A stretch of 58,385 bases of DNA, counting the filler, from Sphacelaria rigidula (Eukaryota), in assembly GCA_964200075.2 (NCBI GenBank). It is 9 parts of 9 records of this genome, joined end to end, with 100 filler letters (N's around TTAATTAATTAA, not from the genome) between each part and the next. Parts side by side here need not be neighbours in the genome. Positions count along the whole stretch, not along the records: positions 19,498 to 25,895 come from CAXNAA020020319.1; positions 25,996 to 32,393 come from CAXNAA020020320.1; positions 32,494 to 38,891 come from CAXNAA020020321.1; 6 more parts are not named here. One strand, given 5' to 3'. Position numbers and translations under genes: made by a program. This document shows positions 22,391-34,579 of the stretch, in pieces; positions within the stretch are counted from its first letter, which is position 1; every line of letters starts with the position of its first letter. The notes beneath the pieces are model-generated. The model was not told the DNA's origin and did no database searches. It saw only the letters and a program-made list of their open reading frames with translations.

Positions 22391-24562
22391 ATAATTCAGC
22401 TGACGCACCCCGTTACAGTGCTGCATGCAGGTACGCCGTTGCGTCCCTCGTTGCTTGAGCGGTTTTGTTAATCTGTCAACAGATTCCATGGGTTGATGAT
22501 TTTCGCATTTCACAAGATTTTTTTTTTTTTCTTGATGTGAGGAGGAAACCCAACCCAACACTTACCCCGCAAGCGATCGCAAGCGATCGCCAGCGATTTT
22601 GCCGATTACCCGAAGGCTCGGCTGAACCACCTTGCGGCAGTCATGTGGGGAAGGCGCCTTGAGCGGTGGCTCAAGGCAGTGTGGGGGATGCTCCCACTAA
22701 AACCCCCTATCGACTTGGCGCAGTGCACGCTCCGGCCTGTTCTTACGAGCTTCGGCCCTAGAAAAAGAGACGTGGTGACAAATCACACATGAAGAGGACT
22801 GGAAAAGGGAGATAGTGTAACGATAAAGGTAAGGGGCCGTGCTCGGTTTTTCCCGACAGCGAACCAACAGCATCGGGAATATACTGCGCAACGTTGTACC
22901 CGCTCAGCGCGTAATTTTCCATAGAGTAGTGTTGGCGCTTTTGTGGTGGTTGTAGGGTTAATACTCAACGTTCGGCGGCCTAGACGGCGTTTTTCAAGTG
23001 GTTTCGCCGAACGTGTTTGTCCATGATGACTACCCACCTGAAGTTGTGGATCCGCCGAAGAAACGCCGAGTCGAGCAGTTCCACAGCGTGGATCACCAGA
23101 GACAGCAAGTGTCCGCATGATCCCGAACGTACCGCGGGGGCCGTGTCCGACTTTTCTCCTAGAGTGTATACCAGCAAAGACCCGTTGAGGGGAGCGTTGC
23201 AAGTGGACACGCTCCTGTCCGCGGTGAAAAAGTCGAGACGATTAGAAAGTGAGGCGATCGCATGCACCATGAAGCGTCAAGTGGCCACATCAGGTGCGTG
23301 TCGACTGGATCCTATTCTTCGCACTACAAGAGTTCCCCGCATCTTGCTGTTGGGAATGAGCATGGAGATCTACCCCTATAGCCTTTATTTAAATCATGTG
23401 CGAACCGTTTCTGAGCATCAGCTGATGGGACTAACAGCCGATATTGCAGCAGCCGATGCTGACCCTGAAGAAATACCAGACATGCAGCGTACGATGATTG
23501 ATATAAGCACGCGGACGCTGCTCTGCATGGATCTGTCGGAAGGCGGGTGGAACGTGCGGGCCACGACTCAATTTCCCCACCTTGCCTTGGCTCAACCCAC
23601 CTCACCCAGGCAGAGTTTGTGCAATATTCTCCGGCCTTGGAGAAAAAACCTTTCGCACCCAAACATCAAGACGATTTACAGCGAGACAAAAAAAAAGGGA
23701 ACGAGCATCGAGAGTACGTCATGACAACGCCCCCCACACACTGGCAGTAACACACAAGACATGGAGACATCCAAGGTACGCTCGCCACACATACTGCAAG
23801 CAATGCAAGAACATCCTGTTTACAATTGTGCACGCAACGGGATACAAGACAAGTTTTCCCGTGTGAGATTTTGTCCCCGGATCCTCTACGCTCAATTTTC
23901 GACCTGCAATGTCCTGCTAGAGGGAAAATCTCACATCCCCTCACCACCATTACTAGTGACGAACGCTGCAGTAGTCAACCATGGGAATGATGTTCGAAAT
24001 GGCAGTCACGCTATCACCGGCGAAACACGTACAAAATACATCTACTCGCCCGTTGCTATCAGGTGCTGGAGCACCCGCGCTGTCTGTCCACCGTAGCTGT
24101 GGCCGATGATATGGATCGGGGAATCTTCTCCCCATCCCGGGATAACTCCGGGGTACGTTTCTCCGTGGCAGTCATGGCGGTGCGAGCGGGAATGTTCCTG
24201 ACCGTAACACACCGTCCCTCCTTTCAGCTCGTAAAAAACCTGGCACGCCCTGGTTCACGGAGGTAAGTTGAGGGTTTCGTGCATGCTTATTATTCATTAT
24301 TTGTCGCACTTTGAACTCCCCCCCTTCCCCGAGACGAGTCCGAGATCTCAAGGAATCAACTCATCTCTCCCCGGTGCGCGCCTTGCATTCTGGTCTCGCG
24401 GATTGGGTCATGACTATCACCACTCCCGCACCGCGCGCGTCAACTCACGTCAAACAAACTCAGTCGACTACTTTCTTTACTCACGTTCCCACGCTTTCCA
24501 CGGTGGAAATAACTTTTCGTTGAGATTTTTCTTTTGGGGAGGGGGGGCGACAGGGAAAAAAC

Positions 24563-25291
24563 CAGGGATGTGTACGGAGGACAATCCGCTCCGCGGTGCG
24601 ATTTTTTTTCGAAACCTCACGGAGCGGATATCCGTATGTGTGGAAAATCACGGATTATGACGGTGCGGATATCCACCAACGAAAATGTCACGGTGCGGTG
24701 CAGATTTTTTTTAAATGGTACGGAGCGGAGCGGAGCGGATATCCGTCAGAGGGAAAACTCACGGATTTTCACGGGGCAGATATCCGTGGCATGGATTTTT
24801 TCACGGAGCGGATTGGCCCCCTCCGTGGAACAATCCGCACAAACCGCGGCAATTCCCTGCGGTGCACCGTCGCAGTAATCCGTGAAACCGATACGGTTTT
24901 CCGCGAAAAATGTATGGGTATCCGCGGGATAATACCAAAAAGTACGAAAGTGGTTGTTTTGCTTTGACTTCCAACTGCTGGACAGGGGGAACGGCGGATT
25001 AAATAGCGCACATGTAAGGTCGAATCCCTTGAAGAAAAAAAAAATCAATCGAAAACAATGAACAGCACATCTTTGAATTTTGAATGTCACCGTACAGGAC
25101 AGGGTGACGGAGGCCGGGGTGGCAGACGCGCAACAGCAGCAGCGGTAGATCCAGGACTACGGCTATCCACCACAACAAAGAGCATGGAATACATGCCTCA
25201 AGAATGACGTCAATAGCAGCACATTAGTTTCCAACTGAAAGGGGATATCTTGACCCCAAGTTCGAATTACGCCTGCAGCTCGAGGCGCACG

Positions 25292-25365
<74 letters not shown>

Positions 25366-25895
25366 GGGGGGGTGTGTAGGGGTGGGTGGGTGCGCGCGCG
25401 TGCGTGTGTCCGTGCAAAACGCGGTTTGCATGTTCACAGCAGAATTTCAGAACCGTATCAGCGAAGTTCTTATCCAGAACAATATTTTTGAACTTCGAAT
25501 TCCAACTTACCCGGCATTCGGAACAAATTTTCCGTGGGATTTTGTGTTTTTTCAGCGGTTTGGTCTGAGTGATGCTAGGGAGAACGCACGGATGAAGTAT
25601 GGAGTACAATTTTAGAACCATACAGGCGAATCGCTTACACAAAACGATGATTTTTATACTTCGAATTCTAAGTTATCCGGCATTCAGCACAATTTCGTCC
25701 GTGGAAATCCGTGGCTTTTCAGCGGTTTGATCTGAGATATGCTACGGAGAACGCACGGATGGAGTACGGAGTGCAGACTTTAAGAACCGTATCGGCGAAT
25801 TGCTTATCCACAATGATATTTTTATACTTCGACTTCTGAGTTATCCGGCATTTAGAACAAATTCATCCGTGGAAATCCGTGTCTTTTTAGCGGTT
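24563..25895. mobile_element. hAT-like non-autonomous element left end with CACGG/CCGTG subterminal repeats and internal ~168-bp tandem repeat
   Basis: Begins CAGGGATG (Ac-like TIR start). Dense cacgg/gcggatatccgt motifs at 24570-24930. Three ~168-bp units start at ~25450, ~25615 and ~25784. Confidence 0.55.
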
Positions 25896-26409
25896 NNNNN
25901 NNNNNNNNNNNNNNNNNNNNNNNNNNNNNNNNNNNNNNNTTAATTAATTAANNNNNNNNNNNNNNNNNNNNNNNNNNNNNNNNNNNNNNNNNNNNATGGT
26001 CAAATGACTAAGGCAAGCAACAAATGAGTACGCCCCCCTCCGGCCTGATGAGCTCCGGTTGTCGAGAACTGGATGCCCAGGGGCCGTTCATACCGTCACC
26101 TGGAGTGTGAGAGGTTGCGACTCCGAACAGAAGTCCCAAGTGCCCTGGAGGAATTGAGAAGAGTTCAGTAGGAGGGCCCATCTTTGAATTGCGTCGCATT
26201 TTCTGCGGTCCCATTGTTCGACAGAACTACTGCTGCTCGTAAGGTGCGGATCGGAGCCACTGAAGCGACCGCAGCGCAGCGCGCATGCTTTTTTCACAGT
26301 CTGGCAACCTACAAATGTTTTTCTTGTTTCGTATGCGTGCCAAGCATTTGCCCCCATTTCGCATGCTGCTTCATATCTTCTTGTCCACCCTCGTTCCCCC
26401 CGAGAGTAG

Positions 26410-27313
26410 GTTTTGGGCCATGGTGGACGTCGACGGTGACGGGCTGATCAGCTACGAAGAATTTATGCTGTTCCGGACGTTGATCGCCATCCCCAAAAGA
26501 AAGGTAACCGGTCGGTCATTGGTTCATCCTGTGGGAGGAAGATGAATGTGATGGTAAAAGCGTAGAATCTTCCTTCACATACCCGTCTTGACCACTCTCC
26601 GCGGAAAGTGCGTTGGTTGGCGGTAACACTTGCACATGGAACGTGCAGAATGCGAAAAAACGAAAGATCGATCCAATGAAAGCAAGATGGAAATGTAGGC
26701 GGCTGCCACTTCGACGAAACTAAGTAGAAGAATCTTCTCAGAGCTTCTTCCCCTCTCCGCCACTAGAAGATCCGTTGTCCTTCGATCTCTCGAGGAAGCG
26801 TGTTTCATGACGTACGTACGAAACGCGAGAGCACTGCACACATCCCCTCGAGAAGAAAACACAAAGTGGCAGCATGGCGAAATCTAAGCGTGGCACCCGA
26901 ATGTCCCGCGCCTCTCAACGGCGTACAATAGTGCCGAATCTCAAGCCTCCCTTCATCCCTTGCGGCTCTTGTCCAGCTCGCCATTGCGTTCCGGATGTTC
27001 GATCGCGATGACTCCGGGACGATTGACTGGTTCGAGTTCGAGGCGTTCATGAACGTGCTCAAGAGACAGACGAATGTGGGCAGGACGGAGGTTGAGCGAC
27101 AGCACCGTTCAGACGCCCGTGAGTTGATTACGACGTGCTAACGCGGCTGTGTATGTGCCATGCTGTGATCTTCAAATTGAGATGTGGGTGCTGCAATGCA
27201 CAGTCGCAGTGAATGAAACGGCGTTCCTGTTCTGGTCATGTTCCAGTCGAGACGTACGTGTCTGGGCCCACGGTGAACGTATGAAGGTGGAGCTGTGGTG
27301 TTTTGATGTATTT

Positions 27314-27345
<32 letters not shown>

Positions 27346-29248
27346 CGATCGATTGTTGCACGATAACTGATGCCCCATGAATCCAGCCGTGGTCACATCA
27401 TGGACGTACGCGAGACAAAATAAAAGTGAAGCACTCGCTCGAGGGAGGGGAAAGAACAAAGAAAACAAGGAAAGTAGAACAGACTGACGAAGTAGACTAA
27501 GGAATCAAGACAAAACAAATCAAATCAAAACAAAATAAATAAGAACAAAATAAGAGTTGCACTTGAAGAACCCATTGGAGACCAATGTTATTGAAGTGTG
27601 CCTGCCTCGATTGGACTTTCGAGCAGTGGTGTCGGCACACTGTAAGAGTAGAAGGATAGTGTTACGACAGGATTATAGATGTTTCGAGCCTCGTCTTGCG
27701 CAAAAAAAAAACATTCTCCACTTTGAGGCGTCAATTTCCAGCACCAATTCAATGAACGGTCTCGAAAGCACATGACGAGCACTGCTGGTCACACCGCTTG
27801 ACAATGTTTCCACCCACGATGAAGCTCATAGTGAGTGCGTGGGGTTGTGTAACACACCGTTGAACTTTTTCTTCTGTGCCATCAAACCCCCACCCCCATC
27901 CCCCTCCCCCCACCCCTTCCATTATTCCATTATTGCAGGGTCACCTGGAAATAAGATATCTTTCCCAAACGAACGGCAACGACAGGAACGTTGGGGCCCT
28001 CACCAACGTATCTCTACATACTGTTCATGCACTTGCCCGGGTTTGATACGTCGGAGTCTAGATGCTTGATTGTACTTGCTGAAACACACACAGTAACGAC
28101 AGATCTTCGAGCACTCTTCCTTTTCGTGAGAAAGCTCCGGGTCTTGGAATAGGTAGGGTTCATGTGTCCAAAAGGGGGGGGGGGGGCGGAGGCTGTGAGA
28201 TGCATTCCAGCAATTTCTGCCTGATGTTTGCGCCTGTCGCAAAAATGCGCAGGCGCGTCGCGTACGCGGTCATCCTCCAACGCCTTCGGAATAGAAAGGG
28301 TATCGCATGTGTTCAGCTAGAACGTGGGAATTTCTAGAGAGGGGTGAATCTTCGTGTATGCTTGATGCTCAGGAATCTCCCCTCCCCCCGTGCCTCCTCT
28401 CGTTCCTCCGGTTTCCCACGCACCCGCGGTTGATTCCACCGTACACGACTACAGAGGTGGCGTCCCGCCTGTTCTTCGCGGACGACCGCGATGGCGAGAA
28501 GCTGACGATGGAGAAGTTCAGCACGTTCGTGCAGATCTTGCAGCAGGAGGCGCTCGTGATGCAGTTCCATCAGTGGGACAGGCGGGGAGACGGGACGCTC
28601 TCGGCGACAGATTTCGCCAAGTTTCTCGCCACCAAGGTGAGAGCGACCGGAAGAGCAAGGCGTATACGAAACGCACGAGGCACGAGGGCCCTCAAGAAAG
28701 TTGCAGAGCAGGGCAGAGATTATTGACCGAGTGAAGAACTGAAGCTGCCTGTGGAGGGATGGGGACGGGATGCCTCGCGCGTGATGCCGGAGAGCGGCAA
28801 GGCCGAACAGCACACGCGTGTATTGTTTCTGCCTGCTGACGACAACTTGGCCGTTTCTCGCTCTGTCTCTCTTCCTCAGCGGTGTGCTTTACTGTGCGCA
28901 CGCATGATTATCCCTGAGTTCGCATTGTATGTGGCATGTATAGGATGGTATTCCCGAAAGCAGGGGGTGCATTGTGACCCGCCCCATGTACCCGAATAAT
29001 ATGGCCCATGCTTGTCGAGCGAACGACAGGGCAAAGCCTCCTTTCTTGGAATCAGTTCTTGTGTCATCCTCCGCAGCGCGTCAATCAGCTCGAGCATACT
29101 TTTCCACACACAACGCGTCGGCCAATTCCGCTGCAACAGAACAGCTCAACGTCGTACTCTTCGCGCTTTGCAACAGATAACCTCGGACCGAGCGCTGTAC
29201 AAGGAGTATCTCGAGCGGGCGAAGTCAGAGAAGATAGCTCAGCTGAAG
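26410..29248 (+). CDS. MICU: MICU-like mitochondrial calcium uptake EF-hand protein (internal exons)
   Basis: Exons 26410-26503, 26977-27118, 28455-28636 and 29177-29248 have phases 0,1,0. Product: FWAMVDVDGDGLISYEEFMLFRTLIAIPKRK/LAIAFRMFDRDDSGTIDWFEFEAFMNVLKRQTNVG...Q/VASRLFFADDRDGEKLTMEKFSTFVQILQQEALVMQFHQWDRRGDGTLSATDFAKFL/... This follows the MICU1 layout [54 protein letters not shown]. The first acceptor is uncertain by a few nt. Confidence 0.87.
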
Positions 29249-29973
29249 GTGACAGCCGTAGACACCAAGTCATTTCTACGCTTTTTTTTCAATTACCCCC
29301 ACTGGAGTGAGATGCGCGCGGTGTATGCATGCACATTGCACAACTTTCAAGGGTTGTGACGTACTGGTCTGTGCTTCATCCTGCTTGCTCTCCGCACCAC
29401 ACCATATTTTCTGACTTGGAAGATGAGAGACACGGCTTGAAAGATACAGCGCATGCAGTCGGTGCCGTGAGTATATCTTGGAAAACAATTTGGGCCGACG
29501 GGGGCATTTGCGACCCAGCGTGTCGTTGATCCCTTGACGGCAAACAATTCGGATCTTCATTGAAGGAGCATTCGAACATGAAAGTCAAGTCGAACACACT
29601 AGCATATGGTGTGCATGAACTCACTTGGGAACGACTACTGTACACGTTGCATCCAAAGGGTCTCAAGGGACGCTCCGGCACCGGGAACATGGAGCGAACG
29701 TTTTGTGATGCACCCACAGCATGTAAAGACACAAACAGTAAAACTGCGGCACGAATAATGGTATGGGATTTGACGGTTATCTCACACCATAAAAGTATAT
29801 AATAACTCCCACAGTCCCAACGATACAAGGCACCAGTACGGCTTCCGGCGCCAGGCGAGGGCGTCGGTTCGATCAACGTCGGTCATTCTCCACTGGATAA
29901 ATCCCAGATTTTTCGTACTTGTGTAGTCGGCCACGGCAAACTGGCGAAAGACATGTATATATATATATATAAC

Positions 29974-32280
29974 ACTTCCTCTGTCTCATAAGCTAGGGTG
30001 TCAAATTTGTGCGGGCCCTCAACCGTGACGTGACGTGACGCATTTTTTAAAAATACGTCACATCAACGTATTTTTGAAACGTTTGTTGTAACGTGTGACG
30101 TATTGACGTGTAACGTATTTTATGCGTTGCATGTTACAATAAACGTTACACGTTACACTACACGTTTGTGGTGTTGTACATTACATATTTGTGACGTCTG
30201 AATGAACGTCACAACCGTCACACTCTCAACTTGTACCGCATTCAGTGTGAGATTAGCATATGTGATACTCGTATGATACCATACATGGGTTCAAGAAGGG
30301 TGTGTATACGTCATCATAATGCGCACGCGATGTGAGCGCAAGTTCAACGCCACGGCGGCGTGCACCGCCACACCACATCCAATCGAAGAACAAGCGAACT
30401 ACATTCCTTGTTACTTTGAAGAGGTATCGATGTAACCGAAAGAATCAGAGACCTTGTGACTTTAAAGAGGTCCCAAGGGTGACACGAGCTTGTGACCTCG
30501 TGGACGAATTCGGTGTCTCCACTGCTGTTCTGTAGTTTTGCCCTTCATTTAGTCGGTTTTTCATTGTTTTGTTTTGTTTTCTAATGTTGGCGTTGTTTTG
30601 TTTTTCTGTTTTTCTGCCGTCCTTCTCTATTCAAACTTCAGCTGGCCAATGTTTCATTCCGTGTGTGTTTTTCTCTGCCTGTATCACTGACGTGTGCTCA
30701 CAGCTACACGTAGATATCCTACTCAGGGATATCAAGGGCTTCAGTGCCAAGCTACTACAGAAAGCATATATGTCGGGCCTCGTGGAAGGGCGTTTCAGAA
30801 GTAAAATGGTTCATTCACTATTTGGCCGCTTCTCACTCTGAATCGTATCCTCTGCTCTCAATCTCACGAAAACATTGTTGAACGCGGCTGGATTCGTACC
30901 GGATCATCAGTGCCTCTGTATTACATCTATTTAGTAGTACAGATCTGCATACACGCGCTGCTGAGTGGGCAATTAATTCACACGTCGGACGGATGATGAT
31001 CTGTCTGAAAATTACTTGTTCTCACTATGCTGATCTGGATCATGACCCAGATCACTTGCCCCCCCCTCCTCATATCTGCTCCTTACAGCGCCGGACGCCG
31101 AGCACACCGAGTAGCGTAAAGGTTGCGCTTTGGCTTTCCTGACTCCGCGGTCACATATTTTGTGTTTTCGGGCGAACAGAGTCAAGAGTCTTCTTTGATT
31201 GGTTGTTTCAGACAGATCACGATCTGTCCGATGTGTAAATTAATTACAGCGATACAGAATCGGATTGCTATGTGTTGGTGTCCTACGGAATGCCAATCGA
31301 TCACCAGGTATCACCAACGTGTGATCTGTACATACTTGCGTTTGTATGTGTACATCATGGCCTGCGCGCATCTTGTTATTTTACTATCTGATTATCGTGC
31401 ATCGTCGTAATATACTCGTGTGTTTCTTTGAAATGGCAACGTGTGAGTCAGGGATGCATGCACACGCGGCCATCCGGCTACCCTCATAAAAATTCCTTTC
31501 GCGATTTTCAATCTCTCGAGGGTAAAATACCCTTTTGAGAGTATTTGATCCCCAGGTGCGGTCATGAACGAATCCTCTGGAGAGCATCTGATACTCCAGT
31601 AACTTCTGAGGTCCGAATCTCTCGAGAGTAACAAAAAATGTGGTGCCGTGAAGGGCCGCGCATCCTCTAAATTCCTCCGGAGGGATGCACGGCCCTCCAG
31701 GGGCAAAACAAGCCTCTGGAGGCGTTTGATCCCACCCCTCTGGAGGACCGCGCACCCTCTGGAGGCGTTTGATCCCTCTGGAGGCTCGAAACGTTGACCG
31801 GAGCAGAGTATTTCTGGGTGTAGCCAAATGGCCGCGTGTGTGAGCGATACACTAGCTGAAACGCATTCTTACATATCAACATAGCGATCAGAACGCACCT
31901 CATGCCCGAACAAAGGTAGCCACCATGAACCTTCCGTACCAATTTCCGGTACATGAAACCGTACAACGTCGTATGTAGTGTTCATTTGCCCTCAACACGG
32001 TCGAAGTGTAACGTTTCATTTTACGTTACACGTCACAATAAACGTTTCAGAATACGTTACTGTGAAGTGACGTGACGTACCGGGAAAAATGTGAAGTGAC
32101 GTGACGTATTGTTTTTGAGATGTCACAAAGTGTGACGTGACGTGACGTATAGTTTTTAAGACGTCACATTTGTGACGTACCGTGTAACGTGTAAGGTGAA
32201 GAGCCCTGCTCAATTTGGACGCCTTTGGAACCTCTCGAGAATTCTCATGAACATTATCAAAAATATTCCCAAAAAAAGCC
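29974..32280. mobile_element. Non-autonomous DNA transposon with Stowaway-like terminus and GTGAC/GTTAC subterminal arrays
   Basis: Starts acttcctctgtctcataag. (gtgac)n and gttac arrays at 30025-30220 and 32005-32195. 32210-32270 matches 15065-15125. Confidence 0.6.
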
Positions 32281-32493
32281 AAAATAGGATACTTCCTCTG
32301 TCCTATAAGTAAAGTCCGTTATGGACTTTAAATCGTTGGTGCATTCAAACTCTTCCGATGATCCCATAGTTGTGTTCGCAGGAAAGATGAAGCNNNNNNN
32401 NNNNNNNNNNNNNNNNNNNNNNNNNNNNNNNNNNNNNTTAATTAATTAANNNNNNNNNNNNNNNNNNNNNNNNNNNNNNNNNNNNNNNNNNNN

Positions 32494-32710
32494 TGCCAAT
32501 CGCCCGTATTGCGCAACGAGCTCTTCGAAAATTCGAAAAAATATTTTTGTTTTTTCGTTTCGTCGAAAAACCGACCGAAAAACCGACCGAGAAGTGCTCG
32601 GTTTCGGTTTCGGTTTTTTCCGGTTTTTAAAAAAAACCCGACCGAAACCGACCGACTTTTTCGAGAAAAACCGAAAAACCGACCGAGCCATTTTCAGCTT
32701 CGGTTCACAA
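32494..32710. repeat. AAACCG/CGGTTT subterminal repeat cluster typical of a DNA-transposon end
   Basis: Many aaaccg(accg) and tcggtt(t) motifs in both orientations at the fragment start. Confidence 0.65.
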
Positions 32711-33729
32711 CACTGTGTAGCGCAGCAATGCTTTCTGTTCAAGCTTGGGGTCCGCCAAGCACCGGCCAGTGGTTTTATTAATAGGTGCCAAAACATTGCA
32801 TGCCATTTGGTTTCTAGAAGTAACCATCAAAACTGTACAGATCAGAGCTGTAACAGGCAGCTGTCTCGTGCTGATATTTCCCACGCAAAAGTGGTACTGT
32901 AAGTACAGCCTGTCGTGCACCCTTATACACTACCCTGCGTGTTCACGGCGTGGTAACCCACGCACACCGTCGCTATAACAAAGTACTGCAGACAGCATGC
33001 GTTCGCCTGCACACGAGCTTGGGCCGGAAAATGAGCGAATTTTGAAAGTTCTGTTCGAGAGTCTCACTACAGTACAGTTCACATTCCCCCATAGCAGGTC
33101 TGGTTGTTACAACGTGCACCTTCTGTACAGTGTTCCGTATGCTAGAGGTGAGTGCTGTTGACCCATTACTAGAAAATGGAGTGTCATGAGGCTAAACATT
33201 CATGCATGCATGAGTAACTGGCGCATAGCTGGCAGTTGTGTGTATTGGGTGCCGGGAGGTACAGCGAGACTGCAATCTGCGTTCATCGTTCAGGTGTGTA
33301 CTGTAAAAGAAGCTCCTGTGGAGCTGGCGCCCCTGTACCTACCCATGTTAGCCAGGTACGTGATCGCATGATGTTTGCACTGTACTGGGTGCGGCGGCAG
33401 CGTGTTTACGCTGTCTGTTCCTTGGTACCAAACACTAAGAGCAAGTACAGAACTGCTCGAGCTTTCATTCGGATCATTCTGAGTGAGTCCGAATGAATTT
33501 CTGACCAACATACGGGGCATCTATGCTGAAGTCATCCTGGAGGCGAAAACACTGTTAACGCCCGGCAAATGACGAAAAGCCCCTAGTATGATTGGTTGAT
33601 GTGCGACATTGTGGAAAGTCATTGCGCGGGTCAAGTCGTATGGATTCGCTTCCGCTACCCGTCACAACATGTCGCCACTACACTGGTATCTTCACATCAG
33701 CCTACACATCCACTTGACAAGCGGTATCT

Positions 33730-33800
33730 TCACTACACCTCAGGGGACCGTCACCACACTCCAGGGGACCGTCACTACACTTCAGAGAACCGTCATTACA
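33730..33800. repeat. 21-bp tandem repeat x3
   Basis: tcactacacctcaggggaccg / tcaccacactccaggggaccg / tcactacacttcagagaaccg. Confidence 0.85.
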
Positions 33801-34579
33801 TGGGTTTCTTAACGTCGGGAAATTGGGGGCAACCAGTGCCGTTGCTCGGCAGCAGTAGACACACTGACTGTATAAGTGATTATATGCGGGGCTCACGCCT
33901 TGATTTTGTATTGCCCACCTTTCTCTACTGTAGCGTTGCGTTCGACTCTTCCCTTCACAGTGACCCACATTTTATTTATTTTCATTGTATTGTATTCTTG
34001 TTTACTATTCACGTCTTAATGTTTTTGAGGTTCGGAATTGCACACGAACATCGGAAGAGTACGCACTAATACGCCCCCCGTCCGCCCCTGCCGCTTTTGC
34101 TGTTCGATTTTGCTCGCTCCTGTCGCCTCGAACGTGCCTGCGCCATGCCGCGAGTCATACCATCGTCGTTGGTATCGCATCATACCATGTATATTTCCTC
34201 TCCCGCTGGTATTTTTCTTGCTGTTGAATTTTTCTCTTTCGTTATCACACTGTTTTATAGTAGTGATCCCTTTCCCTCATCGTCTGCATTTAGCAGTCGT
34301 AGCCCACGATGCACTATTTGCGCCATTCTCTCCTTTCACCGACTCAATCATTTGTTTTCCCTTTTGCCCCCCTGTCTGCCGTATGGTACCCCTTGATTTT
34401 CTGCCGTTTTTCTTCTCTCTTTCTACATTTTCAATTATATTCTCCCTACTCCCCGTGGCAATTTTACTCCACAGCCATCTTCGCTAGTTGGTTTTGCCAC
34501 TTTCATGTTGCAAGCAGCGTACAGCCCCGCCCACCAATGGTGTCGTTTTGGCATATATTTTGCTAGAGCCATTGCCTAA

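Noticed and set aside
26225..26243. Possible 19-nt MICU microexon (CAG...AAG|GTGCGG)
   Set aside because: Splice signals are plausible but frame and homology cannot be established.
27939..28007. Possible extra MICU exon (GHLEIRYLSQ...)
   Set aside because: 27118 splices directly to 28455 in phase 1 with a strong GTGAGT donor, and the peptide is not MICU-like.
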